Assembly: GCA_002245135.1 (NCBI GenBank)
Contig: NGBS01001168.1
Location: forward strand, 1-64,000
Direction of reading: 5' to 3'
From: Proteromonas lacertae
Lineage: Eukaryota
DNA length: 64,000 nucleotides
Positions within the stretch are counted from its first letter, which is position 1; each line of letters opens with the position of its first letter. The notes beneath the pieces were generated by a model. The model was not told the origin of the DNA. It did not search any database and saw only the letters and a list, made by a program, of their open reading frames with translations. Positions 38,827 to 53,311 of the stretch are shown here, piece by piece. The translations under genes and the position numbers were made by a program.

Positions 38827-40940
38827 ATGTTTAAGAAATCAAAGGACTTTCAAGTATCATCCAGCTCAGTTCTGGCAAAGCAAGATGTTAAAGTGATAAA
38901 GCGTTTTGCATTACAACATTACAAAGGAATCACTGAAGATGATTTAAACGAATTACTGCCTAGAAAAGTATATGATATGCATTATGAGTATAGGCTAGAG
39001 TTGAATGTACTAAATTAAAATCAAGAATTCAAATATATGGAGTTCATGGTGAAGTTCCTCTCTTCTTCGATATTCCTGATAAAGAATCCATAATCCCAAC
39101 AGTTTTCATGCTATGGAAGTATCCTGACTTATTACCCAAATTCTACACATATGGAGCTGTAAGTCAAAAATTAATAAGTGGAGCTGACTTGATGTTACCT
39201 GGAATAATAATTCCTGTATATATATATATTATGTGTTATGTATTTTAATAATAGAAAGAAGGATTAAGTGAGTTAAAGAGTGGTAGTTATTGTTCAATTT
39301 GTGTAAGAGGAAATCCACTTCCATTTGCTGTAGGAATCGTATTAGTAGATAAGCGATATATCGAATTATATGGAATGAAAGGTAGAGGTATTAGTATAGT
39401 TCATTGTTATCAAGATTTGTTATGGGAATATGGAGGTAAAATATATCCAAATGATGGATATCAACCAAATTGTGTAGTTCCAATAGAAAAAGTAGAAGAA
39501 GATGATGATGAAGAAGAAGAAGATGTGGAAATGAATAATGAAGAAGGAGAAGGAGAAGGAGAGAAAGAAGAAAATAGTGAAGTGAATATTCCTCCAATTC
39601 CGACAATATCAACAACAACAGAATCAAATGAAGAAAATATCTTACCAAAAGAAGAAGAAGCAGAATCAAATATAGAAAATGAATCATTAACGAATATATT
39701 GAATAAAGAATTAGAAAAAGAAGAAGAAGAAAATGAGAGTGGTGGTGATTTATTTGGTTCAATTGATGATAGTAATAAAAATGATGATGAAGATAATGAA
39801 GAAGATGAAGATGAAATTCCAATGTTATTTGAGGATGATTTAGATGAAGAAAATGGTGAAAGTGATATAATAAGTAAAGATAAAAATGATAAAATGAAAA
39901 TGGAAGAAATGGATCTAAAATTAAAGAATTGTTTATTACAATGTTTTCGTACGAAAGTAAAAGATGAAGATTTACCAATTCATGCAGGAATATTATATCA
40001 AAGTCTAATGGTTCCTTCTAGACAAAAGTATATAATATATAATAATATATAAATATATATAAATAGAGGTGATATAATTGATGTAAAAGAATCATCTTAT
40101 AAAAAGATTTTGGCATTTTTAAAAGAAATGAAAAAGTTGAATTTATTAGAATTCAAAATTCGTAGAGGAATTCCATATATAACTTCAATAAATCGTGAAA
40201 ATGAAATTTATAAAGAATTTGAACCATGGAAGAATGAAAGTGGAATAACAATAATAAAGAAAGAAAAATGTGAAAGTGAAATTGAAAAAGAAAAACGTTT
40301 GGAAATATTGAATAAAGTTGATATTCGAATAATGTATAAACCAAAGAATTATTACAGTGAAATATTTGAAAATGTGAAAGGAGTAGATAGTTTATATAGT
40401 CTAAAAGAGATAAAGGAAAGTATAAATCTATTTTTGAAAGAAAAGAATTGGATATATGAAAGTAATAAAAAATATTCAAATATTCCAATATCATTTTTTA
40501 ACTGTTTAGGAAAAGATCCAATAAAATATTTAAAGAATAAAACTGAAATAAAATATAATGGTTTAGACAATCTATTAATAAGTCGAGATAAACTATATGT
40601 GATAATCTTAGATAAATGTAGTGAATATCGAGTAATAAAAGAATATGGCAGTGATAGATATTTAGTAAAGAAAGGTGAAATAAAATGTATAGAAATAAAT
40701 GAACAAAAACGAATGGGTAGAAAGTATATTACCACGATAAAGAATTTAGAAGATTATGGAATAAATTTAAATTCATTTGTGAATGAGATATCAAGGAAAT
40801 GTGCAAGTAGTGGAACAGTAACAAACGAAAGTGGAATGAAGAATAAAATAATTCAAATCCAAGGTCGATGTAGTAATGAAATAAAGACTTTATTGTTAAA
40901 TGAATACAAATTTCCAACAAAATATGTGATAATTAAGTAA
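38827..40940 (+). CDS. EIF2D: eIF2D/ligatin (PUA - SWIB-like - SUI1)
   Basis: MFKK start, PTVFMLW, SGADLMLPG, D.LWEYG, DVKESSYKK, KRMGRKYIT..IQIQG. Confidence 0.9.
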
Positions 40941-41033
40941 TAATAATGCTTTATTTCTTTGTTTTAATGTTTGTGGTTAATGAAAAATAATCATTTTCAT
41001 TTTTCACACCCCCAAATTAAACGTATTTGAAAG

Positions 41034-44000
41034 ATGATTAAAATAACCTTTTATCTCGTTATTATCAGCATATTATTCGGCGTGGTATTTAACATCTGCC
41101 CAAACAACTGCAGTGGTCACGGTACATGTAAAAATAATGTGTGTGAATGCCAAAAGAACATAGGAATATTGTCAAGTGGTGGTTCATTCAGTACCTACAG
41201 TTGGATAGGTTCAGACTGTTCTAAAAGTATCATATCTGCATTTATATGTTTTATTTAGAGAGTTGTGGAATTGATATTCCTTTTTCTGCAGTAACAGGTG
41301 AAAATGATTATAAAACTCGTAAGACTGAAGATGGTAATCAGCCATTGAGGAGGTTACGTGGTCTGAATGAAGTTAGAAGACTTGATAGTGAAATTACAGT
41401 TAGTTCTCCAGTAAAGATAGTTGGTACTAATTTCTATGAAGTAACAGTTGCTACTGCAATGAATGGCGTAGGAGGTTTATTATATTTTTATAATAGTAAT
41501 GGTAAATTCTTAGGTAAATCAGAAATATTCTGTAATAGTAAAGATAAAACAAAATGTTTCATGAAGTTTGATGATGATAAAGATTATACTCCAGAATCAT
41601 ATTCTTATATAATAATATTAGAATATTCTGATTATTCAATGATATATGAACCATCAGATACAAATGATGAATATAAATTTGTATGGAAGAATATGGGCTA
41701 TATTGTATCTGGATTAGGAATAACAAAATTTAACTTTGAATGTGATCTAACTGCTGTTGAATTTACTATACCTACATCTCCAGATAAGCCAACACCACAA
41801 GATCCAAAAGATATTACATTCACTGTTAAAGATTCAACACCAGCAGAAAAGAAATCTTGCTCATTATTGGGAGATTCAACTGCAATTCCAAGTGATAGAA
41901 AAAAAATTAATACAATAAAATCATCTACAAAAGATACTACAGCAGTATTAAATATAGAAGGAAAGTCAATGAAAATATATTCAATAGTTGATGCTAATAG
42001 TATTTTAAAGATTGATTCTACAAATATTGGAGTATTAGAATGTATTACACCATCTTCAACATCAGCAAAAGCATATTTAATGAATGTAGATACAGCTACT
42101 ACTAAAGTTGATCCAACACAAACAACATATTATATTGCATATGATTTTTTAGCAGAAAGTGACACTCCAACTCCAACTCCAACTGATTATAAATGTAAAA
42201 AATTAGTAGAATATCCTGACTTATCATATTATTATCCTGTCAATTTGACAAGTAGTAGTGATAGTTGTGTTATTACTTGGAAAGGTATGAAAAATGTAAT
42301 CACAGATCCAGCATCATCCACTTCATTAATCAAAAAACCAGATTCTAATCCTTCGTTTGCATTTGCTTGTAGAAATGAGAAAGATATGGTTAAGATTTAT
42401 GATGGGTTTGCATATACAGCACCAACTAATGATGGTGAAATTCAATTTACCAAATCAGAATGTGCTATACCAAAAGGTGATTATACTTGTTATATTTTAG
42501 CAAATGTAGATTCATCAAAACAAATGACTCCATTAACAACATTAACAACAATTACTGAAAGTTATTTATTTAAAAATCATTTATCAGTATCAAAAGCAAC
42601 AGGAATATTTACATATGGTGAAGTGGAAAAAATAGTAGAAAATAAGATATACGAATTACCAGGTGGTAAATATAATGTTGGTCCATCAGGTGGAACATTA
42701 GAATGTTATGGAACTACAAGATATGAAGCAAAGATAATTAGAAAACAAGGAGATATAGTTACAATTAAAACAACAACAGAAGTAGTTCAAGAACTGACTG
42801 ATGTATGTATTATGACAATCAAACATTCTGATTTATCATTATATAATCCATTAATTATAGCTTCAACTCCATCACCAATATTATGGAGTGAATATTACAA
42901 ATATCTTAATGAAGGAACAAATTTCTTAAAAAGTGGAAATGATAAGTATAAATTTGCATGTTTTAAAAAAGATGATAATAATAAGATTACTATTCGTGAT
43001 ACAACTAGAAAAATTGTAACTGATGAAGGTAGTGAAGCAATTACATTTACTTGTGAGAAGTGTGAAGCTAGTGAAGTATGTTATTTATTATCATACAGTG
43101 ATGGAAGTCCAATAAAAGATATATTACAAAGTGATTTAACCAAAATATTCAAATTAACAAAGAATAAAGATGGAACTTATACTCATACTCCAAATAAAAT
43201 TACATTTACAGCTGTTGATAGAAAAGAAATAACAACTCCAATAACTGGTACAGATAAAAAGATATACACAATGAGTGGTGTGAAATATGATATTGGTAAA
43301 AGTGGTACATTATTAAGTTGTTTTACATCTGATAATTCATTTGTTTCAGAAGTACAAATAATTGGATTAAAAGATGAAAATACATATTATGTAACAACAT
43401 CTGGTGCAACTACTGCTATTGATCATTGTGATGTGATAATGAAAATGAATGATTTATCAACTATAAATGAATTAACATTAGCATGTACTGATGACACTTG
43501 CACTTTGACATATCCAAATTCTGAATTGAGTTTATTTGATAATATATTTATATCATCCAACAAAGAAACTGCAAAATTCATTTGTGGAGATAAAAAAAAA
43601 GCTGACAGTGTTTTTGTTATTTATGACTTTAAATTATCAACAGATGAAGCTGCTAAACCATTGACATATACTATAACAAAGGATGGTGAGATTGAGAATA
43701 AAAAAGTATGTTATTTAGCTTCTTATATTGATGGTAAAGATATTGAAATAGCAAACAGTGATATTTTTAAATTACAATTAGATGAAGAGAAAAAGTTTAT
43801 AGACCCAGCAACTGATATAAGTGGTAGTGATAATAAATACATTTACAAAGTGAAAGGAGTGAATTATGATGTTGGTAAATATGGAGGAAAAATTTTATGT
43901 GATGGAAAAATTAAAACAATAATTGGAAAACTAAATGATATTTATTATGTTGATTTTAAAGATGCTAGAGATACAAGTGTAGATCTTAGAGGATGTAGAA

Positions 44001-45859
44001 TGATAAGGAAATATAATGATTTATCACTTTACAAATTAGCTAGTGATTCTTCTCCATACTTATTAAAATCATATATCTCATCAGGTACTTTAATTAATGT
44101 AACTTGTAAAGTTGGAAATAACAAAATAATCACTAAACCAATAACAGTTACTTCAACGACAATAGCAGCAAGTGTAGATGTTGTTTCTCTTACATTTACT
44201 CCTGCTATTGATTCAGGTGAAAGTTGTTCATTGTTATATGGTGAAAAAGGAAATATTGAATTAAAAGATAGTGATTATAGATCTGAGTATTTAATAGATA
44301 ATCCATCTGAATGGAAATATAATTCTGATGGAGTAGTAAAAGAAGAAATAACAGAAGTAAAAGCTGAAGAAATAGAAAAAAATCCATCATTAAAATCCAT
44401 CATTAATGAAATACCTGAGATAGGAGGAACATTAAAATGTTATGATAAAGAAGGAAATGAATTAGGAACTGCAATTGTTTATAGTAATATTGGTGGAAGT
44501 TTAAATATCGAATATACATTCCCGATGAAAGAAGGAACTGATACAAAAGAATTCAAATTTGAAGTATTAAGTAAGAATAAAGATTTAAGTACAAATGCAA
44601 TAAAAGTGAAAGAAGAAAGTTGTAGTAATATAGATAATTGTGAAATAATCTGGAAAGGAGTAGGTCCATTATTAATAAGTAAAGGATTTTTTGATGATTT
44701 TGACAATGAAAATTCCAATTCATTACTTCGATTATTATCTCCAACTCATTTAGATTTACCTTGTGCTGATTCTTCTACTGGTTCAATTAGTAATTTTACA
44801 TTTGTAAGTGAGATAGTAGGTAATGATGTAGTATTATCTGACCCTCAACCAACAGTTCCTAGTGCTGGATCTCAATGTTATCCATTATTTGATAGTGAAG
44901 TAAAACCAATTTCTTTAAGTCAAAGTGAACTTGGTAAAACAGTTGTTGTAGATGATAAAGGAAATATAAAAGTTCCATCAGCAATAGAAGATAATAAAGG
45001 AGGATTAGAAGCGGATGATATTAATAAAGGAATAATCAGTAAAGTACAGAAAAATGTGAATGGTGATTATGTAATCAACACAAATCCTTATGCTGCTGAA
45101 AACATAGGTAAAAAGATGAATGAATTAGAAATGTTGATAATTAGTCCAATTGAAGATAAAGACCTATTCAATGAAATCAAACAATATTTAACAGTTGGAA
45201 GTTGGCTTTCAATTAAAAAATCATCGGAATCAACTGCCTATCAATCGCAAATAATCAATATTGATTATAATGTAGAAATAACTTATGAAAAAGTTGAAAC
45301 TAGAATGAGACAATTGGATGATCCATCACCCAAAACATTTTGGGGATTAAAATTATCAAATTTTGATAATATTAAATGTACTGGTAGTTGTTCTTATTCA
45401 ATAGTAAGATCAACTGAAATGAATAATATTCATAAGAAATTAGAATGTAGTGGACAAGGAATATGTGATAGAGAAAGTGGAATATGTTCATGTTTTGATG
45501 GATTTAGTGGAAGTTATTGTCAAAGATTAGATTGTCCAAATAACTGTAATGGAAATGGAAGATGTGTTCCAATGAGTGAATTATTATCAAATAATGAATT
45601 AGAGAATTACAATATTGAAATGGATAAAGAAAGAATCTATGGTTGTTTATGTGATAAGAGACATCGTGGATATGATTGTAGTTTGATTGAATGTCCATCC
45701 AGTTCAGATCCTGAAGGAGCAACAAATACTAAAGCAGAAGGAAAAGATGAATTTAGAGATTGTAGTGGAAGAGGTATTTGCGATTATTCAACAGGTGTTT
45801 GTAGTTGTTTTGATGGATTTAGTGGAGAAGGATGTCAAACTCAAGTTGAAATGATGTAA
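41034..45859 (+). CDS. Stramenopile tubular mastigoneme-family EGF-like protein (~1,597 aa) with a giant repeat insert
   Basis: Signal peptide, CPNNCSGHGTC..WIGSDCS, then H..LECSGQGICDR..CQRLDCPNNC..GCLCD..RGYDCSLIECPS..DP..RDCSGRGICDYSTGVCSCF..CQTQ; one intron 41227-41258. Confidence 0.85.
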
Positions 45860-46150
45860 AATCAGGATTTTACATACACTCTTATTATTGAAATTATATT
45901 AATTGATTAACTATTTATACTCTGTTAATCAATATGAAATATGTGTTTATTATTCTGAAAGAACTATAAAAATAATGAGATACAGTTGCTATCTTCACTA
46001 ATTCCATTCGGTTGTATATTTCTCTACTTTTTGAATTTTACCAGAAGGTAAAACAGCCAATATACTGACTAAATCACACAAACAAACGAAAATAAAAATT
46101 GGCTTGACTGAATAACGAGTTTTTCGTTACACAGTTATATTCATATTTTT

Positions 46151-47693
46151 ATGGGCTGTGGCAAAAGTGGTATGAAAAATAACATTATAATATTCTAGCT
46201 CCTGCTGGACCTGACCCTGAAATGGAAAATTTACAAAGTATTGATATGGTTTTAAAAATTACCAACTGCCATTTTTAGTATCATCTTATTCTTGTTTTTA
46301 AAACTCTAAAATCTTACTCTTGTGAATGTATATACTTATAATACATAGATCAAATCACTCAACTTAACAAAGATCTCTCTGAAGAAAAGAACAAGACACG
46401 TAAACTAACAGAAAACAACAAGCAACTTAACGCTGAATTAGGTATGGATTATATAAGTTTATTATTTTTATAAAAATAGTTCGTTTAAGAAATGAAGTAA
46501 AAGGTGAAGAAAAGAAAGTGGAAGAGCCTGAGAGAGTGGCATCAGCAACTCGTATATATTTATAAATTATCATATCAATAGCGGGGAACGAAGATGCGGA
46601 GAGAGAAATAGCAAGATTAAAGAAAGAATTGAAAAAGAAGAATGAAGAGATAGAAATGTTAAAACCATACAAAAATAAAGTAGATGAAAGAGATAGTATA
46701 TATTATATTATTATATAATTAAAAATATAGAGGAAATACAAAGACTAGTTGAGGAAAACAATGAATTAAGAAGAAAATTGGCAGAAACAAGTGCAGAATT
46801 AGAGAAACTCAACGAAGAAATGGCATCAAAGAATCAATCAGGAAATAATGGAGATGATGCAGCAATACTTCAAGAAAGATTAACAAAGAAAATATTAGAA
46901 AATAACAGAATTATTGAAGAAAATGCAAATTTAAGAAGTTATTTAGTTAAGCAGAAGAGTATATATTATATATTATATGTTTATTATATATTTATTATTA
47001 GAATTAATTGAAAACTTAAAATATACAAATAAAGAATTAAAGAATGATAATAAAGAGAAAGGTGTATTAGTTGAAACATTAGTAAGAGAATTAACAGATT
47101 TAGATATTGCAATGCATAAGAAAGATGATCATATATCAGACTTAACAATGAAAAAGTCTAATTTAGAGACAATCAACCAAGCATTGAACAATGCCAAAGT
47201 GATGTTAGAGAAAGAATGTAATGAATTGGAAGATGAAATTGATGAATTAGAAAATACTCCAATGCCTGTTTTATTAAGTCATACTGTAATGTTGCCACCT
47301 TTAGCATCGCCTGCACCTGCAGCAAGTATTTGTTTAGTGCCAAGGAAAATATCAATAAAGAGTATTCATAGTCGAAGAAGTAGAAGCAGAAGCAGAAGCA
47401 AGAGTAGAAAAGGTTCAAGAAAAACATCAAAAGTTGCTCCATCAGAATCAGTTGATGAAACAGTAACAACTAATACTATTAATGTATTACCAGCGAAGAG
47501 GAATGGAGAAGAGAAAGAAATAGAGAAATGTGAAGAAAGTAAAGTGGATGTAAATCAAGAATCTAAAGATGATGTTTCAACTAATCAAGAATCAAAAATG
47601 GAATTAAGAAAAACAAGTATAAGTTCTTCCAGTAGTTGTAGCAGCAGCACTAATACTCATCTGACAAGCGAAAGTTCTACTGTTGATAATTAA
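46151..47693 (+). CDS. Coiled-coil protein with N-terminal MGCG acylation motif and S/R-rich tail
   Basis: MGCGKS|APAGPDPE exons, coiled-coil ORFs 46778-47011 and 46977-47693, several introns. Confidence 0.65.
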
Positions 47694-48100
47694 TTAAAAA
47701 TCAATTATTATTAATGATCAGGCATTAATTTACAGTATATTATAGAATTTATGATTATTGTGTTGTTTGTATCACAAATAAATAAACTACATAGAGTTTG
47801 AAAAGTATTTAAGAACATTCATTCTATTTTTCATATAACGAAATAGGGCAATCATTTTTTCTTGGTAAAATGAAATTGCGAAGCGATTCACTCGATCTAG
47901 TGAGTGAAAATTGATTGTTGTTAATAAGATCATAGAATAGTATTATTGCTGATTAAATTGTTAGAATATTTTATGATCATCTGGTGAATTAATAGACTTG
48001 TCAATTTATACAAGCAATAAACACAAAGAATCATTTTAATTCATTCAGAAAATTAATTCGTTTTTTTTAGTTTAAAAATGTTTAATTGAAAGTGGTTGGT

Positions 48101-49303
48101 ATGAACACATCTCACAAAATAATACATATAAACTCAAAATGTCTAGACGATAGTGATGCAAAGAAGATTTTGGTATAAATATTATTTAATAGTAGATTAA
48201 CGCATTTGAACAAATTAAATCGACTAATCGGATTCTTTCAAATAGTCTATTACTCTCATTGTCGGAAAAAAGTATTTATGTCGCGAAATCCCTGTTTTGT
48301 ATACATCTACTGTTAATGTCTTTTATAGTGAATGTATTTGAAGTAAATAGAATAGCCATAGCATATTTAAATATATGGCATAAAGAAAACTTATATAGCT
48401 CAATCACTCCTCAATTTTTTGTTAAACAATTCCCAGTAACCACTGAAGGAATAATAAGCAGCTTTTTCCCTATAAGTATAATTATAATTATATCAATTAG
48501 ATTCAATCCCTTTCCATTCATTTTTTGTCTTTTTGTGTATTTTTTTATTTTATGATAATGAACTTGTTTTCTCATTATTATTAACTCTATCAAATGTTTA
48601 TAGTAATAAATTAATATCAGTTGATCAAATTAAAGATTTTATTCATCTCTACAAACTAGATGACAGATTATTAAATTGTATAATAATAAACCATTTTAAT
48701 AAAGAAGAGGAAGTATTTCCACCCAATACCATTGGTCTTAAAGAATTTAAACAAATGTGTTATGTAGATCCATCCTATATTATGGCTATTACTTCCCTGA
48801 AAGATTCATTAAAATCATTGTGTTTTTGTAATAATGAATATATTGAGATACATAAGAGATTTACCTATTATTATACAAACCCATGTCAAGCTACTGATCG
48901 TTGTACCATATTACCCAATGCACTTAACAAAATTCCTGAAATGAGTGATGTTGAATATTTGAATAGCATTAATATTTATAAATGTGGAAATAAAGGTAAA
49001 AGGAAGAGTAATAAAATAATAGATGCGAATTATATCAACTATAAGCAAAATACGGAAATTATATTGAATACTGATGTATCAGATGAATCTTGTTGGAGTA
49101 GAATTGATCGTAAATATTTTCATTATAGATTGCCACCTTATTATTATGATTATGGAGTAGAACATCCTAATTACAGTAATTTGGAGGAAGTTATATTGAT
49201 GGCTAGGAAAATATATGGATATTCTATAAGGCTTAATAGAACTAGCAGATATAATTCAAAAGAAGTGATTGTGTGTGATGTTTTCGATAATAATGATAGT
49301 TAA
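48101..49303 (+). CDS. Hypothetical protein, paralog A of tandem pair
   Basis: Shares FLFYD..L..SLLLTLS, LKEFK.MCY and PPY.YDYG.E.P.Y..LEE.IL..R..YGYSIR with the next gene; start uncertain. Confidence 0.7.
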
Positions 49304-49664
49304 CTAGTTAATGTATATTTAATTATTTATATTATATATACTGTTGTTTTATTCTTGGGAATGAAATAGATGAAATAGGAAAATAAACCACATTAACAAA
49401 AAAACTAGAAATGACAGTATTTATCAATTCAGGAGAGATAAAAAAATAATTAAAGATATTAAAATATAAAAATGTTGATAATTCACTGTGAATAAAAGCA
49501 CTTGAATGAAATCACTTATTTCATTTTTTTGGAGGCTATATATCTACTCTTTAAATCACTCTACGCTTATATCATCGAGTTTTTTTTTCTGAATAATGGC
49601 CTAGACTTAAAACAATATCAAATACAACCAAATACCGTTTAAGAAAAAATCTAAAATATATAAT

Positions 49665-50981
49665 ATGAGCGGATTTGCAAGATCCTCCTTATCAGGGATT
49701 ACAAACGTTCCAGATGATGATCTGCATAATACTAACTATTTATTAGCTCTAGTATATTTTTTATTCTAAATTATATAGAATGAAGCTAACAAATGTTGTA
49801 AGAAGTCAAATAGGTGGTTATCAAAACATCTTTTATTACCTTTATCCAGAATATGTATAAGTGTCGCACAAACCCTTTTTAGTATGATTAATTTCAATAC
49901 CTTTTTAGTGAATAAATGCGAGATAAATAAAATCATAAGAACATACTTAATGATGTGGAATAAAGATAGAAATATAACCGCAATACCAATAGGAACGTTT
50001 CTTATGCCATTCCCCGAATGTACACATGGCATCATTCGAAATTTTTTCCCATTAAGTATAGATTATAGTGTTATATATTTTTAGGATATGTATCTTACAA
50101 AAAATTCTTCATTTTCGTCACATTGTTTCTTTTTTATGATGTAGACCTTATACTATCATTATTACTAACTTTATCTGATATAAATACTAATTTAATAATA
50201 TCATTTGATCAGATAAAAGTGTTTTTAGAAGATTATGGTATTGATATCAAGCTCCTTTGTGAAATAATGCAAAGAAAACAAGAAAATAGTTTTAGTAATT
50301 TAAATCAATTGTCAGTTGATACATCTGATGATGCTGTAACTTTAAAAGACTTTAAATTAATGTGTTATCAAGAACCGACATTCTTGAAGATATTGTTTAG
50401 ATTAAAAACAACATTGAAAATGATGATGTTTACAGATATGGAGATGATCAATTTAAAAAATAAATTTTCATTTTATTTCACACATCCAAAATTAGCTGAA
50501 ACAAGAGGAGAATTAACTAATGGAATAAAAACAAAACGCAAATGCTAGTAATAAATCAAATTTAGCTTCCTCTCCACCTTATCTTCCTTCGGCTAGACTT
50601 AGAGGTGAATCTCTAAATAATAATAATAATAACATCAACATATTATTAGATGAGAGGGCTGATTCTGATGTTTTACATCCTTCTGAATTACAGGCAACTC
50701 TCAGCATCAGTAGTATCAATAGTAACAAAAATAAACACTCTTCTGTTCATAATATTGATGATGATACTATACCAGCAGAACCTTGTTTACATTGTTTATT
50801 TCGTCATTTAATTAATTATTCATCTCCGCCATATTCTTATGATTATGGATTGGAAAATCCACAGTATAAAGATTTGGAGGAGATTATTTTAATAGTTAGA
50901 CATTTGTACGGTTATTCTATTAGAAAAACTGATCAAAGACAATTAGGAAGAGCTGTAAAGAATTATATAAAGAATATGTAG
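49665..50981 (+). CDS. Hypothetical protein, paralog B of tandem pair
   Basis: Same motifs; frameshift near 50530-50550; ends ...YGYSIRK...KNM*. Confidence 0.7.
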
Positions 50982-51158
50982 TAAAGTTAGTTTATGTGAT
51001 TAATATAAGTATATAGTTGTTACACATAATTGTAAAAATATATATAGTATTTACAATTTGTGTTTATTATATTTTAACAAAATGATATACAATAAAAAAC
51101 AAAATAATGTAACTATGAAACTTTATATAATGAATATTTTATATTCAGATGTATTATA

Positions 51159-53029
51159 TTATTTAATTATATTTATATTTACATTTACATAAAACAATTT
51201 TAGTAAATCATTACATCTCGATATGGTAGAATCATCCCAATGTTGTTTCTTATAACTACTTATCCTCTTAGTAAACAATTTGAATGTTTCACCACCATAT
51301 TTCTTAATATATTTCACTATCCACTCATTACTTATTAACACATTGTAGATATGTTCTAATACATTATAATTCATATATTGAAAGTCTTTCATCAACACTA
51401 AAATCACATCTTTTGTTATTTCAGTAAATACATTGTTTTTTAAATAGCTATTACTAATTTCATTAATATTACTACAATTTGAATAATCATAATTCTTTAA
51501 ATAATTTAAAGCATCTAATAACAATGAATAAAACAATGGTTCTTTCTCTTTATTACATATAGGCCAATGTTGTCTTAAGTATTTTATAAATAAACTACAA
51601 TATTCAAATTTCTGTTTTAACACATCTACAATTAATGCTCTATATCCATCGAAATAATAAAATATCTCATCTAATTTTAACAAAGGAAATAGAACTTTTT
51701 TAACCATATTGTCTAAAGGTATTTTACTAATTATATCTACTTTTGTTTCGAATAAAAAACTATTAGAAATAAATAGAGATAATAAATATACAAATGAATA
51801 AGATACAAATAATCAGTTAAACTATCAAAGTTATTATCATATATTTTATAGTTATATTGACTTATCACATCAGTTAATATTCTAAAAATATCAAGTTGCA
51901 TATAAGGTAAATGGTTAAATAATGATTTAATTGCATTTACATAAATCATATTTTCAGGAGGAATAGAAGATCTTAATTCATTGAATAACTATATAAGTTA
52001 AAAAATATAATAATATACAGTAATAATAATTCCTTCTTTTAATATACCTTCTGCTGATGATTGTACAAAATCATTTGAAGTAAATATTATATCCATTAAC
52101 TCTTGTGAATTATTCCATAACAATTTATAGTAATATTTTCTCAATTTACTGCTATTATTATTATTATTATTATTACTTCCAAAACTCCAACAGTTTATTA
52201 CTGAATCTGGACTACTATCCACTAAATTGTTTTTGTTATAAAACAACATAACACTTTGAATTAATGTTAAACTCATTGACATTGTTGTTTTATTACGAAT
52301 GTAATGGGATTTATCTTTAAATATCAGTAATAATTTATTTATATTGTTATTCAATTCATTTATTTGTTTATACTGAGAATCAGCTGAATGGATTGATAAG
52401 AGTGAGTTCATAATTTTTAGACTTTGAGCTAATAATGTAATTGCATGAGATGTTTGATTGTTATTTGTCAATGCTTCATAGCCTGGAACGTTTCCATCAC
52501 TTTGCATCCTTCTATGTAGGTTTACTTTCTGTAATGAGTTACTACGACTTCTTGGAGGAGTAGAATTTGGGGTATGTGTTGGAGGAGTAGATGGTGGTGT
52601 AGGCATGTTTATCTGTTTCGAAGCAATATTGAAACTCTTGGATTTAGTCTTAGCAAACATTGTACGAGGTGATTTGAAGAAATATACATTTTTCTTGGGG
52701 GGTGGACTGGGGTTAGGACTGAGAGGAGGCGTATCTGCTAGACTTGCGGAATCTAAGCTAATGCTTCTGGATGGTCTTGGAGGTTTTAAATTAGGTTTCA
52801 CATCAACAGTTTCTTTGATTGATTCAAAACTAAGGCTACAAGGAATTGAATCTAGATTTTTAGGCTTTGTACAATCCTCTTTTTCGGCTTTAAACAGCTT
52901 AGGCAGACGTCTCATAAAACTTTTCTTCAAACCTGATTGATCTGCTGAATACCGTGGACTATCTGCAGGACTGGCGATAAATCCAGTGTCGTTATTCTTT
53001 TTAGTAGGAGATATTATAGGAGCTAACAT
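51159..53029 (-). CDS. Divergent PP2A B56 (B')-like protein 1
   Basis: S/P-rich N-terminus, then FIKYLRQHWPICNKEKEPLF and KQHWD..NDLLKLF (B56 pattern LLKYWP..NS.KE..FL and HWN..LKLF). Confidence 0.7.
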
Positions 53030-53311
53030 GACCAAATTATTCCTTAATGTTAGATACAATAGAACCTACTGTAAAGTGGAGTATGAAAAAAGTTGAAAAA
53101 ATCTAAAAAATAAATTTCTATTTTATTTTGCATTTTCCCATATATTGGAAAGTGCGATCATTGTTTTAACATAAAAATCATATTTATTGATTATCTATCA
53201 AGCAATTTATCATTTTATAACACTAATTACCGCACACAAATAGATCATAAATTAACAATATAACGATAACAGAGGTTAAAACATATGTATAAAATTATAC
53301 TCACATAAGTA

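Noticed and set aside
39391..39978. His/Leu-rich antisense ORFs (also 342-557, 7523-7900, 32208-32561, 52605-52940)
   Set aside because: Shadows of low-complexity coding sequence on the opposite strand or in another frame.
47887..47908. Small hairpin ttcactc-N8-gagtgaa as a possible ncRNA
   Set aside because: Only a 7-bp stem, with no tRNA or snoRNA hallmarks.
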